Below, one piece after another: positions 37,084 to 49,992 of a stretch of 64,000 nt of DNA; position 1 is the stretch's first letter; each line of letters opens with the position of its first letter. The notes beneath the pieces were generated by a model that was not told the DNA's origin, searched no databases, and was given only the letters and a program-made list of their open reading frames with translations. Location: contig NC_058368.1 of assembly GCF_018350175.1 (NCBI RefSeq), positions 69,628,001-69,692,000 of the forward strand, in the 5' to 3' direction. The DNA comes from Felis catus (Eukaryota). The translations under genes and the position numbers were made by a program.

Positions 37084-38257
37084 GCAAGATTATTTTAAAT
37101 ATTAATTGAAGTTCTGAAACTGGATGAGAGCGTAGAGAGTAGAAAGGAAGCCAGCGTGGAACACCAGCATTTAAGGGATGGACAGAGAGGGAGGAACTGT
37201 CAAAGGAGGTGCAGATGGGGAGGAGGAAAACCAGGAGAGGGACTCGTCACAGCAAAGGAAGAGAGTGCTGCAAGGAAGACATACACAGGAGGCGAGTGGG
37301 TAGGTGGTGAATGAACCAATCTGTCGCATACCTAAAAGTGGGTGTGAATAGTGTTTTCTCAGCTTATTCCTGTCTCCAAATACTCTTCGCCATTTCCTCG
37401 TACTTAAATTAAACTTTGAGCCTCCCTGACTCCCAGTCCCTTTTCATGTGGCGCATGACCACAGATGGGCCAAATCTAATTCTGCATTCTATTTATTCAA
37501 CAAATTTCTTGTGCCTACACTGCCTCAGTCCTCATACTTTATATCATGGAAGACACGTGATACAAAGTGACAGCAAGAGGTGGTTATGGTTTCCATTCAT
37601 TAGAAGTGCACAGCTTGAAAGAGAAAAAAAAGTGCACAGCTTGGTAAGAGAGACAAGGAAACAAATAATTACAATACCGTGTTGTAAGTTCTATGGAACA
37701 TCGTTTCATAAACTTTTTTTGTGTTAAAATAATGATTCTCAGAACACTGGAGGATATGCTATCTCATTATTTCTAACACCTTTGCCTGAATTACTACAAG
37801 GTCCTAATGGCTTCCCTGACTCCGTTCTTGCCCTGTTTGAGCCAGCTGGAGATGCCTTTCTAAACGATAAATAGTAGTGGTGAGGGCATTAAGATTCTCA
37901 TAACTGTTCCGTATCTGGGTCAGCCAACTAGCTAATGGTGGAGCTGAGATTCTAACTATGTTCTTCTGACCCCAAGTTCAGTGCCTTTCTAGAATTTACA
38001 AACCTGTTCATCTTCCTGTGCACCAGCACCTGTGCTGGTGACTTTTAAGTTTTATCGTGCTTGATTTTTAGGATCTCACTGCTTTCTTGTAATATGTTCA
38101 GCTGCAAAATACAGAAAACCTAGTAACGATGACCAAAAAAACAGGTGTTTATTTGTCGCATGTAAGACACAAAAAAAGCCACCACGTGAGTGCTTACCAT
38201 GTGCCAGACTGTTCTGGTCCCTGTGGACACAACAGCTAACATGGCCCATATTCTAAA

Positions 38258-38463
38258 GCAAGGATCCGTACGCTTTACAAAGGGCCAGATAATAAATACT
38301 ATATTAAGGCTTTGCAGGCTGTAGGGTCTCTGTTGCAGCTACTCAAGTCTGCCCTTATAGTGCGGAAGCAGCCGTGGGCGATATGTAAATGAATAGATGG
38401 GCTTTGTTCCAATAAAACTTTATTTAGGATACAGGAAGCCACAGTTTGCTAACACGTGCCCTG
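38258..38463 (+). mobile_element. MER58A-type hAT MITE
   Basis: aagggccagataataaata..gctttgcaggc..gcagctactcaagtctgcc..gttccaataaaactttattta. Confidence 0.75.
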
Positions 38464-38787
38464 GAGAGTAATACCTCGTTGCAAGGCATCATATTAGTTT
38501 TACCTACAGTATTTCATTCATTCCAGGAAGAGCCCATCATATACCCTTTTTCTGATGAGGAAGCTAAAGCTTAAAGGGGTTAAGTCCTCGTCCAGAGGTT
38601 CACAGCTAGGAAATGCCATAGCTTTGATTCAAGTTCAGTTCTGTCTGAACACAAGCCCATGCTGTCCATCATCCTTCCATTCTGACAATATTTCCATATT
38701 TTGTTCTCTGTCAATTACAAAATCCCAACCTGACAGTTAATTTTATAAAATTTAAGAAAGAAGTTGTTGCGACAATTAATCTGTTAT

Positions 38788-38922
38788 TCTCATGGTTCGT
38801 GAGTCTGAGCCTCATATCGGGCTCTGTGCTGATGTCAGCGTGCAGCCCGCTTCAGATCCTCTGTCCTCGTCACTCTGCCCCTCCCTCCCCCAAAATAAAT
38901 GAACATTAAAAAAATAAAAATA
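38788..38922 (+). mobile_element. 5'-truncated Can-SINE
   Basis: ctcatggttcgtgagt..gggctctgtgctga..aaaataaatgaacattaaaaaa. Confidence 0.8.
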
Positions 38923-39434
38923 GAACATCAGTTAAACTTTATCCCCAAAACGCGATGAAATAAAAGCACAGAGGAGCAGAAATAATGACCAAAAAGTGTC
39001 CAGAGGCTGACTGACAATCTATTTTGGAAGAGCCAAGGACAGGTCTTGACTTTGTTGAACTGAGGGGTCTGGCTGGGTTTTCATCTCTGCTCTTAGTAAA
39101 GGTGCTTGGGAATTTAAGATAGGTATCCGGTAGTTTCTGTTGCCTTCTGAGATTCTGTCGATTTCTAGTGGGGTGGTGTTTTGTAGCAGCCCGGGAAAGG
39201 AGCTCTACACGTCCAACTGTCAGCCCTCAAGTCCCTGGAGCAGGGTGACAGGAGCAGGGGGCTGGCCTCGCTGACCCTCGCTCTGCTCGTGGGTAGAAAT
39301 GAGGGAAGAGTGCCCAACCTGTGGAGTTTTTGAGAGGCTCATATGTGATAATGTCGATCAGCACATGTAATCCCTGTGTCTGGGACCTACTCGAGTGTTC
39401 AGAAAGTGTTAGTTACGGAAACTGATCGTTCCCA

Positions 39435-39870
39435 TTTTTTAAATTGCCAAGAGCAGCTAACGTAAGTGTTAGCGTGTTAACCACCTTTGAGTGGACAGTA
39501 CGATACTGTTAACTGTATCCACATTGTGCCACATCTTAACCTGAAATTCCGTGCCCGTGATACAGCTCTCTTGTCCTCCCCCCAGCCCCTGGCAGTCACC
39601 AACCTACTTTCTGTCTCTGTGAGTTTGACTACTCTGGATCCCTCTAAGTGGACTCCCACAGTGTGTGTCTTTTTGCGACTGGTTTGTTTCACGGAGCATG
39701 ATGTGAGGTTCCCCCACGGTGTAGCATATGACAGGGTATCCGTGCTTTTTGAGGCTCGGTGATATTCTGTTGTATGGCTGTCCCACGTTGTGTGTGCCCG
39801 TTCATCTGTTGGTGGACTGTTGAGGTTGCTTCCACCCCTCGGTGGCTGTGAAAAACGCTGCGGTGCACAC
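39435..39870 (-). mobile_element. Ancient L1M 3' fragment
   Basis: cccagcccctggcagtcacc..tttctgtctctgtgagtttgactactct, ttcatctgttggtggac. Confidence 0.75.
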
Positions 39871-40654
39871 AGACATATTATCGTTTTTTAAATGCTAGTG
39901 TTGTGATTATTACCTTTACCGGGCTTCCTCTGGGAGGCCGTTTACTTGTCTGCCAAACCAAGGGGAAGCCTGGTGGGTCTCAAAATGTCTGAACGTGGGC
40001 CGTCACAGCTGGCTTTGCCCGTGGGCCTGTGCCTGTTACGTGGGAAACTAGGATCCCCAGAGTCCCTGGCACACGGAATTGTGGACCTTTGTGCCTAGAC
40101 GGTAGGCTCACGTCTGAGCCCAGCCTTCTGCCCCTTGTCTCATTTCCATCACGTGAAGCACCCACGTCAGGGCAGGCCGTTCTGTAAGGGTTTGAAAAAA
40201 GCCTCGGGGAGAAGGAGTACTTTCCGTGGTCTAAGATGTGTTTCTCAGAATGGGAAATGAACTAGTGATAATTAGTAATCAATTGCGCTCTATCCTTAAT
40301 TAGACTTGTCCCGTGGCTTGCCAGTTAATAGAGTTGGTTGCTGTGTTTACATGCAAGTTTGGCCTGCCCTTGGCTTTGAGTCCAGGAAGCCGTGCCCGGG
40401 GGATTGCCCCACAGGAGCAGAGAAATCTTTTCATCAGCTTTTTTTATGGATTGGTCTTTTCCGTGGCAGAAATGCTATTGATCCTAGGAGTCAAGACTCT
40501 GTCCTTAATATGCCAGCTAATTGGTAGCTAGACTGTAAGGGCTGGTAAAAGGCCAGAAAAACAGTAGCTTGCCATTGGCGTGAACTCAGAGACCTTGGCC
40601 TGGCTGCCCTTGGACTCTGCTGCACACCTGAATGCATCTCATTTGTTCTTCTTA

Positions 40655-40990
40655 TGAGAGGTTGGCAAAAAGCCAGACAGTAAACGGATTAGGTTTTGCG
40701 GGCCATACCGTCTCCATGGCAACCACCCAACCCTGCCATCACAGCACAAAAACGGCCATGGGCAATATCTAAGTAGATGTGCATGGTTGTGTCCCAATAA
40801 AACTTTATTTAGGGGCATGGATATTTGAATTTCAGAGTCTTCACATCATGAAATACACTCCTTTGTTTTTTGGTTTTTGTTTTTTTTTTTCTTTCCAATC
40901 ACGAGAAGTGTAAAGGCCGGTCTTGGCTGTACCAAAACACATGATAGTCAGGATTTGGCCCATGAGCCGTAGTTGGCCAATCTCTGCTTT
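40655..40990 (+). mobile_element. MER58B-type hAT MITE
   Basis: aggttggcaaa..gccagacagtaaa..ccaataaaactttattta..ggatttggcccatgagccgtagttggcc. Confidence 0.75.
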
Positions 40991-41649
40991 AAAATATTTC
41001 TCTGAGGTGGGTGTTGTATCATCTCCATGTTACAGTGAGAAGATTCAGAGAGGTAACTTGCCCGATACTTGACAATGATCTTTATAACCAGGATTTTCAC
41101 ACAAGCCTGTCTCAGCAAGCCGCTGTCTGCTACACTTGGCTGCCTTTCCTCACACTGGTCCCTCCCAGAGAGCTGTGTGAGCCTCAGTGGTAGGGATAGG
41201 TGTGTGATAAGATTTATCTCATCAGCCTGTTGAGGATCCCGGGAAGGGCGTGCATCGTGGCTTGTAAATCTCTGTTTGAACATTTGTTTTGTCATATAGC
41301 AGCTGGGCAGATACTGAACCTCTTTGATTTTGTACTTTATCTGGAAAATGGGATTAATAAGTGATGATTTTACAAGATTGTCATGAGGATTAATTCTGAT
41401 GCTTTACAGTCACAAACCCAGCAGGATTCCTGCGCATGGGAGGTACTCGGATATCTGTTGTGTCTTGTGCTTGCCTTCTAGCTCAGAAACCAGAGAAGTT
41501 GGCCCACCAGTGTTTTGTTAAAGCCACAGTGCTTACTGATCTGATAAAATGGTTCCAGTGTCTAATACGTGCTGGTAAAGCTCAGGAAGAAGATGGGCAT
41601 CTTATTGTTGAGTTTATATTTTATATTTATATCTTATATGGTCACTTTC

Positions 41650-41865
41650 GGTGAGGACACTCTTTCTGGCTTGTAGACGTTTACCTTCTCACGGTGTCCT
41701 CACATGACAGAGACCGAGATCTTCCTCCTCTTATAAGGCCACAGTTCTATCCTTTTATGACTTTATTCAACTTTAATTAACTTCTGAACACCTTTTCTCC
41801 AGAGACAGTCACATTGCGAGGTTAGGGCTTCAACATAGGAATTTTGGAGGGACGCATTTCACTCT
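41650..41865 (-). mobile_element. MaLR LTR fragment
   Basis: ggtgagga..tggcttgtagac..gtcctcacatg..gttagggcttcaacata. Confidence 0.7.
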
Positions 41866-42349
41866 GTAGTTGCAGACTTGCTTTCTAGGGGCTTGAAGCC
41901 ACAGAAACCATGGCTACATCCCTTGTTGGTGGTTTCCCAGTCCCACTGGCGTTGGCCAGATTTCCTTCCCGTATGCTTAGTAGCAGCCTCCTGTCCTGAC
42001 CTTGCTTCTTCCCCCGGGGGTCTGAGGGCATCTACATCCCAGAGGGGGTCTTTGTGGACACATGCCAGGTGTAAAGGATGAAGACTTGCTGAGCCACAGA
42101 CAGATGGAAGTTTGGGAACCCAGCAGAAATGAGGCCGTGGGGTGCCACTGTCGTCACACATCACCAGCAGCACCGTGGTGTGAGGCCACGATGGCTGGGT
42201 CGATGGGGCAGTTCTCAGAGGAGGCAAAGCTTTCCTTGAGCAGAGAGTCTGGGAGAAGGATGGATCACGGGAAAAATAGAGCAATGGGTAACCTTCCATT
42301 TCTTAAGCTGGAGAGATACGTGGGGTTTTTTGTTCTCATTTGTTTTTTA

Positions 42350-45300
42350 ATTAATTGACTTTTTAAAAAAATGTTAACTTTACAGAAAAACTGGACAGAA
42401 AGTAAAGAGAGGTACCGTATACTGACCCCCCCAAATGCACAGTGTCCCTTATTTTTAACATCTTGCAGTCGTGTGATATGTATATTATTATTGTTGAGCA
42501 AGTATTAACATATTACAGTCCAAAGTTTACATTAGTGTCCGTTCTTTGTGTTGCATATGCTATCGGTTTTGACAAATGTCTTTGACACGTGTCCACCATC
42601 AAAGTATCATAAAGAATAGTTTCTCTTCCCTAAAAATGTCCTCTGCTCTACCTACCAATCCCTCCCTCCTCGCTGAGGCCCTCACAACCACTGATCTTAT
42701 CCTTCAGTATTTTTTTATTTTCCGTATTCTTGATGTTTTGGCATCTGGGCCTTGCTGACTGGGAAGAGAGTGCCCTTCCCAGGACTAATGAGAAGTATTA
42801 AAATCTCAGACTCTGTGGATTTTTCTATTTCTCTTTGCTATTACATCACTTTTTGCTTCATGTATTTTGAAGTTCTGTTTTTCAGTGTATAAATACTTAA
42901 GATTTTCCTACCCTCTGAATTGACACCTTTGTTATGAAAAAAATTCCTTCTTTATCCCTGGTGATATTCTTTGTTCTGATATTTACCTTGATACTAATAT
43001 AGCTGCTGTAATTTTTTAAAATTACTAGTTGCATCATATACGTTTTTCGTTCTTTTCCTTTTAACTTTTTTGCATCTTTATATTGTAGTGTGTTTCTTAA
43101 AGGTAGCATACATTTGGGTCTTGCCTTTTTGTCCAGTCTAACAATCCTGCTTTTTAATTGGGGGTGTTTAGAACATTTACATTTAATGTGATTGCTGATA
43201 TGATTTAAATGGGGCATCTTGCTATTTTCTCTTCATCTTACCTATTCTTTGTTCCTTTTTTCGGCCTTTTGATTAATTAAATATTTCAGTGATTCCATTT
43301 TACCTTCTTTGTTGGCTTATAATCTATAACTCTTTCATTTGTAACTTTCATAGTTGCTTTTGGGTTCATAATACACACTTTTAACTGATCAGGGCCTGCC
43401 TTTAAGAGAGATTATGCCACTTCACCTACAGTATAAGAACTTACAGTAGTATACTTCCATTTTCCCTTTTCTGATTTTTTTGCTATTTTTGTCATATTTT
43501 CTTTTACAAAAGTTATGAATCCCACACTACATTGTTATTTTTACCAGTCAGTTGTCTATAAATAATATTAAAAATGTCTCAAATATTGCATATATTAACC
43601 ACACGATTGACATTTTGGTGTCCCTCGTTCCTTTGTGTAGACACAGATTTCCATCTGATATTATTTTCTTTCTGCCTGAAGGACTTCCTTTAACATTTCT
43701 TCTTGTACAGCCCTGCTGGCAATGACTTCTCTCAGCTTTCATATGTTTGAGTCCTTATTTTGCCTTCCATTTTGAAAGACATTTTTGCTGGGTATAAAAT
43801 TCTAATAAATTTGTTCTTCAAGGGCATTAAAATCTTGCCCCATTGCATTCCCACTTGCATTGTTTCTGACAAGAAGTCTGCTGTCATCTTTACCTTTGTT
43901 CCTTTGTGCATAATCTTCTTTGGCTGTTTATTTATATTATTTATTTAGAGAGAGAGATTGCAAGCAGAGAAGAGAAGCAGAGGGAAAGAGAGAGAGAATC
44001 CTAAGCTTGGGGCTTGATCCCATGACCTTGAGATCATGACCTGAACTGAAATCAATCGATTGAGCCACCCAGGTGCCCCATATCTGGCTGATTTTAAGAT
44101 TGCCTCTGTATTGCTGTGTTTGGGCAGTTTGGTGATGATGTGCTTCCATGCACTTTTCTTCACATTTCTTAGGCTGGAGATTTTCTGAGCCTTTTGAATC
44201 TGTTGGGTTTATAGTTTTCACCAAATTTGGAAAATTTTCAGCTGTTCTTTCTTTTCATTTTTTGCCCTGTTTTTGCCCCCTCCACTGCTACCTCCTGTCC
44301 TTTGTGACTCCAGTGCCATGCATGTTAGGATGCCTAAAGTTGTTCTACAGTTCTGTGATGCGCTATTAATGTCTTGGTTACCTTTCTATTTCATTTTGAA
44401 TTGTTTCTATTGCTGCATCCTCAAGTTCATTAGTATTTTTTCTGCAAGGTCTAATCTGATTTTCATCTTGTCGTGTGTGTGTTAATCTCCCAATGTGGTT
44501 TTTTCATCTGGGTCTTTTTATGTTTTCTATATCTCAACTTTGAACATAAGGAACATAAGGAATACAGTTTGAACATAAGGAATACAGTTATAATAACTGT
44601 CTTTATGTCCTCCTTCTGCTAATTATAATGCCTGCATTCCAGGTCAGAGTGTTTTGTCTGATTATGGGCCTGTTTTCCTGCTTCCTTGTGTGTCTGGTGA
44701 TTTTTCTTTATTGGATGTCAGATATTGTAAATTTTACCTTGTTGAGTACTGGATAGTTTTATATTCCTATAAATTTTTATTGAGTGTTCTGGGATGCAAT
44801 TAACTTATTTGGAAACCATTTAATCCTCTCATATCTGGCTTTTAAGCACATTAAATGGTTCTCATGTAGTGTATAGTCCGGGGTTAATTATTCCTCAGTG
44901 CTAAGGGATGACTCTTCAGTACTCTGCCCAGTGCCCAGAATCCTCGGGTTGTCTGATCTTGCTGGTGAGAATTGGTAGTGTTCCTGACTCTGTGAGCACC
45001 AGGCACTGATACCTTGAATCTTTTCATTGGTTCTTTCTCCCAAATCTTGGGTACTTTCTTCACAAGTTGACATTGATCAGTATTCAGCTGATTACTCAAT
45101 GGGAACCTTCTATACTCTTCTAAATGATCTTTCTGGAGGGAGCTTCCTACTCGTTATTACTCGCCCCCCTTACTCCCCCCCCCCCCCCCCCCCCCCGTGA
45201 TCTGTCAGCCCCACCTTTTCAACTCATGGATTTTGCTGGGTTTTTCTTCTCTGTACCACAGCCTGGAAACCTACTGTAGACAGAAGTCTAGGGCAAGTGT

Positions 45301-45460
45301 AGGGATCGTGATTTTATTTTCTTGTCTCTGAGGGATCACAGTTTCTCATTGTCTGGTGTCCTCAGCCTTCAGATCTGTTGTGCTAAGTATGTTTTTCCCT
45401 TTTTTTTTTTTAATTTTTGTTTATTTGTTTTTCCTATAGGAAGATAAATCCAGTCTCTGT
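42350..45460 (-). mobile_element. Long degraded L1M region (3' end at about 42350-42700, ORF2-like from about 42800)
   Basis: T-rich antisense L1 motifs: tttttgcttcatgtattttgaag, catttacatttaatgtgatt, tttgctgggtataaaattcta, aaatttggaaaattttcagc. No intact ORF. Confidence 0.75.
43928..44079 (-). mobile_element. Internally deleted Can-SINE inside the L1
   Basis: gagatcatgacctgaactgaaatcaatcgattgagccacccaggtgcccc. Confidence 0.82.
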
Positions 45461-45704
45461 AAATCTATGACAGAATCAAAAATCTCTAATTGGTTTAAAA
45501 AGAAAGCCACACTTAACATTAATATGAAAAATTACATTTAAACAAATTATTACAAACAAATTCAAAGTAAAGTTATTTCATGTTGGAATTAGCTTGTGGA
45601 AAGACTACTTTGTTGCAATGAATTCTAGACACTAGATAATTTTCTATAACATTTTATCTGGCTCCTATATATGTTATAGGTGATGAAATATTTTTGTATG
45701 CAGT

Positions 45705-45914
45705 TTTTAAAAATTTTTTTAATGTTGATTTTTGAGAGAAAGAGAGATCATGAGTGAGGGAGGGGCAGAGAGAGAGGGAGACACAGAATCAGAAGCAGGC
45801 TCCAGGCCCTGAGCTGTCAGCACAGAACCCGATGTGCAGCTTGAACTCACGAGCCACGAGATCATGACCTGAGCTGAAGTCGGACGCTTAGCTGACTGAG
45901 CCACCCAGGCGCCC
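45705..45914 (-). mobile_element. Can-SINE
   Basis: TSD ttgtatgcagtttt. Confidence 0.92.
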
Positions 45915-45939
45915 CTGTTGTATGCAGTTTTGATTTTTA

Positions 45940-46166
45940 TTTAAAAAAAATTTTTTTTTGCATTTATTTATTTTTGAGAAACAGAGTGAGACAAAGCATG
46001 AACGGGGGAGGGACAGAGAGAGAAGGAGACACAGAATCTGAAGCAGCCTCCAGGCTCTGAGCAAGCCGTCAGCACAGAGCCTGATGTGGGGCTTGAACCC
46101 ACAAACTGTGAATCATGACCTGAGCCGAAGTCGGGTGCTCAACCGACTGAGCCGCCCAGGCACCCC
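45940..46166 (-). mobile_element. Can-SINE
   Basis: TSD gcagttttgattttta. Confidence 0.92.
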
Positions 46167-46231
46167 GCAGTTTTGATTTTTAAACGTGAAGAGGAGAGCT
46201 GAGCTTTTGTTGAGTCTGTTAGCTTTTAGAG

Positions 46232-46440
46232 GGGCAGCATATGATGTTACAGAAAAAGCACAGGTTTGGGGTCAAATGGACTTGACGTTGAATCTCAGCT
46301 ATGTGTGACCTTGGGCAGCTTAAATAAGCTTTCTGAGCTTGGCTTCCTGCCTGTGTAAAATGACCATATTGTTAGGAGCATTAAATGAGAATTTATAAAG
46401 CACCTGTTTAGTGCCTGGCACACAGGAGGTGCCCAAGAAA
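46232..46440 (+). mobile_element. MIR
   Basis: tgaatctcagct..tgtgtgaccttgggca..tgtaaaatg..ttaaatgaga..tagtgcctggcacac. Confidence 0.78.
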
Positions 46441-46786
46441 CAGTCTCTTCCCAGTGCCCTTCCTGAAAGATATCTAGTAACTGAGTCTCTTTTAATAAGA
46501 ACCTTTCCAAAATACCTCCAATGTTTTAGTTGCCTGCAAAATCTACCTAAAATGTCACTCACCAACATGATAGGGGCTAAAAAGGTTTAGGGAAAGAACA
46601 GAAACCGCTTTGGGAGCAGTGGTTCATCTTGCCCTGCCTTTCATAACTAGGCAGTAAAGTGTTGTTCTCACTTAACACTAACATTAACAGAAGGTCAGAG
46701 GGAAAAAGGGAACCTGACTGAAATGTAGGCAAATGGGAGAACAGTGGGCTGGAAAGCTGTGTTGATACCAAATTGTGGAAGATAGA

Positions 46787-47365
46787 TGTTATAGGCTGAG
46801 TTGTGTCCTCCTAAAATTTCTGTGTTGAAGCTCTAACACGCAGTACCTCAGAATGAAACTGTACTTGAGGATAGGACCTTTAAAGAGGTGGTTAATGCAT
46901 GCCTAGGTGGCTCAGTCAGTTAAGCATCTGACTTCAGCTGAGGTCGTGATCTCGTGGTTCACAGAGCCCCCCGTCAGGCTCTGTGCTGACAGAGCAGTTG
47001 GAACCTGCTTCGGATTCTATATCTCCCTGTGTCTATTTGTCTGTCTGTCTCTCTGTCTCTCTCTCTCAAAAGTAAATAAAGATTTTTTAAAAAAAGAGAT
47101 GGTTAAGTTAAAATGAGGCCATTAGAGTGGGCCCTAATCCACTGACACTTGTCACTTTACAAAGAGGAAATTTGGACATACCAGAGAGACACCAGGAGTA
47201 TGTGTGCACAGAACGATGGCCGTGGGTGTGCACATCCGGAAGGCAGACATTTATTTCCAAGTCGAGGGAGGTCTCGGGAGAAACCCAACCCATGACACCA
47301 TGAGCCTCCAGATCTGTTGTCCAAGCCACCGAGTCCGTGGTTGTCGGGCATGGTGGCCCCAGCAG
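46787..47365 (+). mobile_element. MaLR (MLT1-type) LTR interrupted by a Can-SINE (about 46897-47092)
   Basis: tgttataggctgagttgtgtcc..acctcagaatg. SINE TSD aaagag(g/a)tggttaa. Confidence 0.8.
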
Positions 47366-47842
47366 CCTCTTCTATAGGCCTTCGAACCCCAGCAAGGGAA
47401 GTTCCCTGATTCAGTGGGTTGTACTGATTGGAATGATGTTTCTAGAAATCCATTCATTTAAACCAAATCCCTGTATAGTCAGGTAGCATGGATGTGCTCT
47501 GGAGCCCAGCTGCATGGTGTTAGAGAAGACAGGGAAGTGTGGCCTGGTGGAAAGGGTGGGCGGGGCGATTAGACATGGAGATCATTACAGTTGTGACCGT
47601 CTGGAGATCCATCGGTGGGGAAGGATAGGTGATGGTGCCTTTGTTGCCTTTTTAACTTGTCTGGAACTTGTTTCTGTCCTGCTTAGGTTCAGTGAACAAG
47701 TGATTGGTCTGAGATGACTTAGTCTAGTCTAGATGCTTCCCAGCCGCCTTCCCCATATAGCAAACTTCAACGCTTTAACTCTGTTCAGGCGGCAGCCTTA
47801 TTTGTCTTGTTCCCTGTAGCTCATCCATTTATAGTAGTTTAA

Positions 47843-48043
47843 TTTTTTTTTTTAACGTTTATTTATTTTTGAGACAGAGACAGAGCATGAACGGGGGAGG
47901 GTCAGAGAGAGGGAGACACAGAATCTGAATCAGGCTCCAAGCTGTCAGCACAGAGCCCGACGCGGGGCTTGAACTCATGGACCGTGAGACCATGACCTGA
48001 GCCGAAGTCGGCCGCTTAACCGACTGAGCCACCCAGGCGCCCC
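47843..48043 (-). mobile_element. Young Can-SINE
   Basis: Perfect 17-bp TSD catttatagtagtttaa at 47826-47842 and 48044-48060. CpGs retained. Confidence 0.95.
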
Positions 48044-48811
48044 CATTTATAGTAGTTTAAGTCCTGCGTGTGCAAGACCTTTTCTCTGAGCCCCGCAAAC
48101 ATCAATGTAACTGGTAAACGGTGAGGTTCCCCGAGGCCCTGAGCTCTCACCCAGCGGGTCAGCTGTGACGTGATCGTTGGCTCGTAGCCTTCTTGCTGCA
48201 GAGCTCGACCAAACAGGCTAATTCAGGCCGGTCTGATGTTCCCAGACCTGCGTGTTGTAAAACCACATGCTCCGTTGGCTCCAGTTGGTGATTGTATTCG
48301 ATGCTTTCCACAGAAATGCCAAAAACAGACGAGAGATGTTTTAAAACAATTCATAAAATTGGCGGCTATGTTGCCAGAGCATAGTTGTTTTGTCCTGAGT
48401 GGCTTGTGGAAGTTGAGGAAGAGCTGGCAGTGGGGAAGTTTCGCGGAGATGGTTCCCCGAGGTGGCCAGGAGAGCGCCGGCCTACAGGCTCGTGAGTGGC
48501 CGCTCGGCAGCCCTGGGAAATCCCACCGGGGTTCTCCAGTTAACGCGCTGTCCCGTGCAACTATTTCCAGTATTCCCTGCTTGCCTCAGTCCTCCAGGCC
48601 TCCCACTTGACTGGGGAAGCAGAAAGCCTCCACGAGGAACTTGCCTGCTCCCGGCACAGAAATGTAAACTCCCATCTGCCACTGGCCTTTCCCCAGTGGA
48701 ATAGCTCTTCCTTCTACCTCAAACCGTTGCCCTGGGTTTTAGGGCCGTCTTCTCACATCCCTTAGGACATTGGTGACTAACCCTTCTTGCTCATATTCTC
48801 AATGCCTTCGC

Positions 48812-49142
48812 TTTAAAAAAAATTTTTTTTAATGTTTATTATTTTTTCATAGCACGAGAAGGGCAGAAAGAGAGGGAGTCAGAGGATCCCAAGCAGGCTC
48901 TACACAGTCAGCACAGAGCCTGACGCGGGGCTCGAACTCACAAACCTGAACTGAAGCTGGACGCTCAACCGCCTGAGCCACCCAGGTGCCCCTGAATCCC
49001 TCCACTTTTTTAGACGCACCCAGTTTTCTGTGATTCACAAGCAAATAGGGGCATCTGGCTGGCTCAGTCAGTAGAGCATGTGACTCTTGATCTTGGAATT
49101 GTGAGTTCCAGCCCTGTATTAGGCTTAGAGATTACTTAAAAA
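48812..49142. mobile_element. Head-to-head pair: Can-SINE (-, about 48812-48992) and short Can-SINE (+, about 49047-49142)
   Basis: ..ccacccaggtgcccc and ggggcatctggctggctcagtcagtagagc. Confidence 0.82.
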
Positions 49143-49580
49143 CGTTTGAAAAACAGAATAATAAAAACAAGTAATTCAACAATACCCTTATCTGATCCCT
49201 CACCCCCTGTGGCCCTAGTCTCTTGCTGCCTGCCTCTCAGCCAAGCTTCTTGGAAAAGTCTGTGTCCTTCCTGCCTCTTCACCACCCGCCAGACTTTCAT
49301 TCCCACCTCCGAGTCAACTCACCAGCAGAACTTTTAGTTCTCATCTTATTTGAACGGTTCTTGGTATATTTCCTTCTGGAAACTGCCTTCCCATGGCTTC
49401 TGTGACACCACTCTCCTTTTTTCCTTCTGTTCTCATCTGCTTCCACCTGGCTGGTCCGTGGTGGACGTGCCATCGGTGCTCATAGGTTTCATCCTCTGGA
49501 CTCGGTGAGCCTTATCCTCCATGAGTCTCCGTGACCCTTATCCTCTATGGAGTCAGGATGGTGGCGGCTTCTGCTTCTGC

Positions 49581-49992
49581 TTCCCTTCCTCCTCCCCCTC
49601 CTCCCCACCTCGTCCCCCTCCTCCCCCCTCCTCTTCCTCCTCCCCCCCTTGTCCCCCTCCTCCCCCTCTTCCTCCTCCTCCCCCTCCTCCCCCTCTTCCT
49701 CCTCCTCCCCCTCCTCCCCCTCTTCCTCCTCCTCCCCCTCTTCCTCCTCCTCCCCCTCTTCCTCCTCCTCCCCCTCCTCCCCCTCTTCCTCCTCCTCCCC
49801 CTCCTCCCCCCTTCCTCCTCCTCCCCCTCCTCCCCCTCCTCCCCCTCCCCTCCTCCTCCCCCTCCTCCCCCTCCCCCTCCTCCTCCCCCTCCTCCCCCTC
49901 CTCCTCCCCCTCCTCCTCCCCCTCCTCTTCCTCCTCCCCCCTTGTCCCTCTCCTCCCCCTCTTCCTCCTCCTCCCCCTCCTCCCCCTCCTCC
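49581..49992 (+). repeat. About 410 bp (CCT)n-derived polypyrimidine low-complexity tract
   Basis: Almost only C and T, in ctc/ccc/ctt triplet units. Confidence 0.97.

Larger units (their letters stand above)
35450..37290 (-). mobile_element. Degraded L2 hosting two SINEs and a MER33
   Basis: ttagaaagacgactgggctg, gggtggattcaagagg, ggacatcccagtggagacatccagt, gaacaccagcatttaaggg. Confidence 0.65.

Noticed and set aside
38021..38040. 9-bp inverted repeat caccagcac-ct-gtgctggtg
   Set aside because: Short enough to be expected by chance in 64 kb.
42800..45460. Possible L1 ORF2 coding potential
   Set aside because: Heavily degraded, with many stops and an interrupting SINE.
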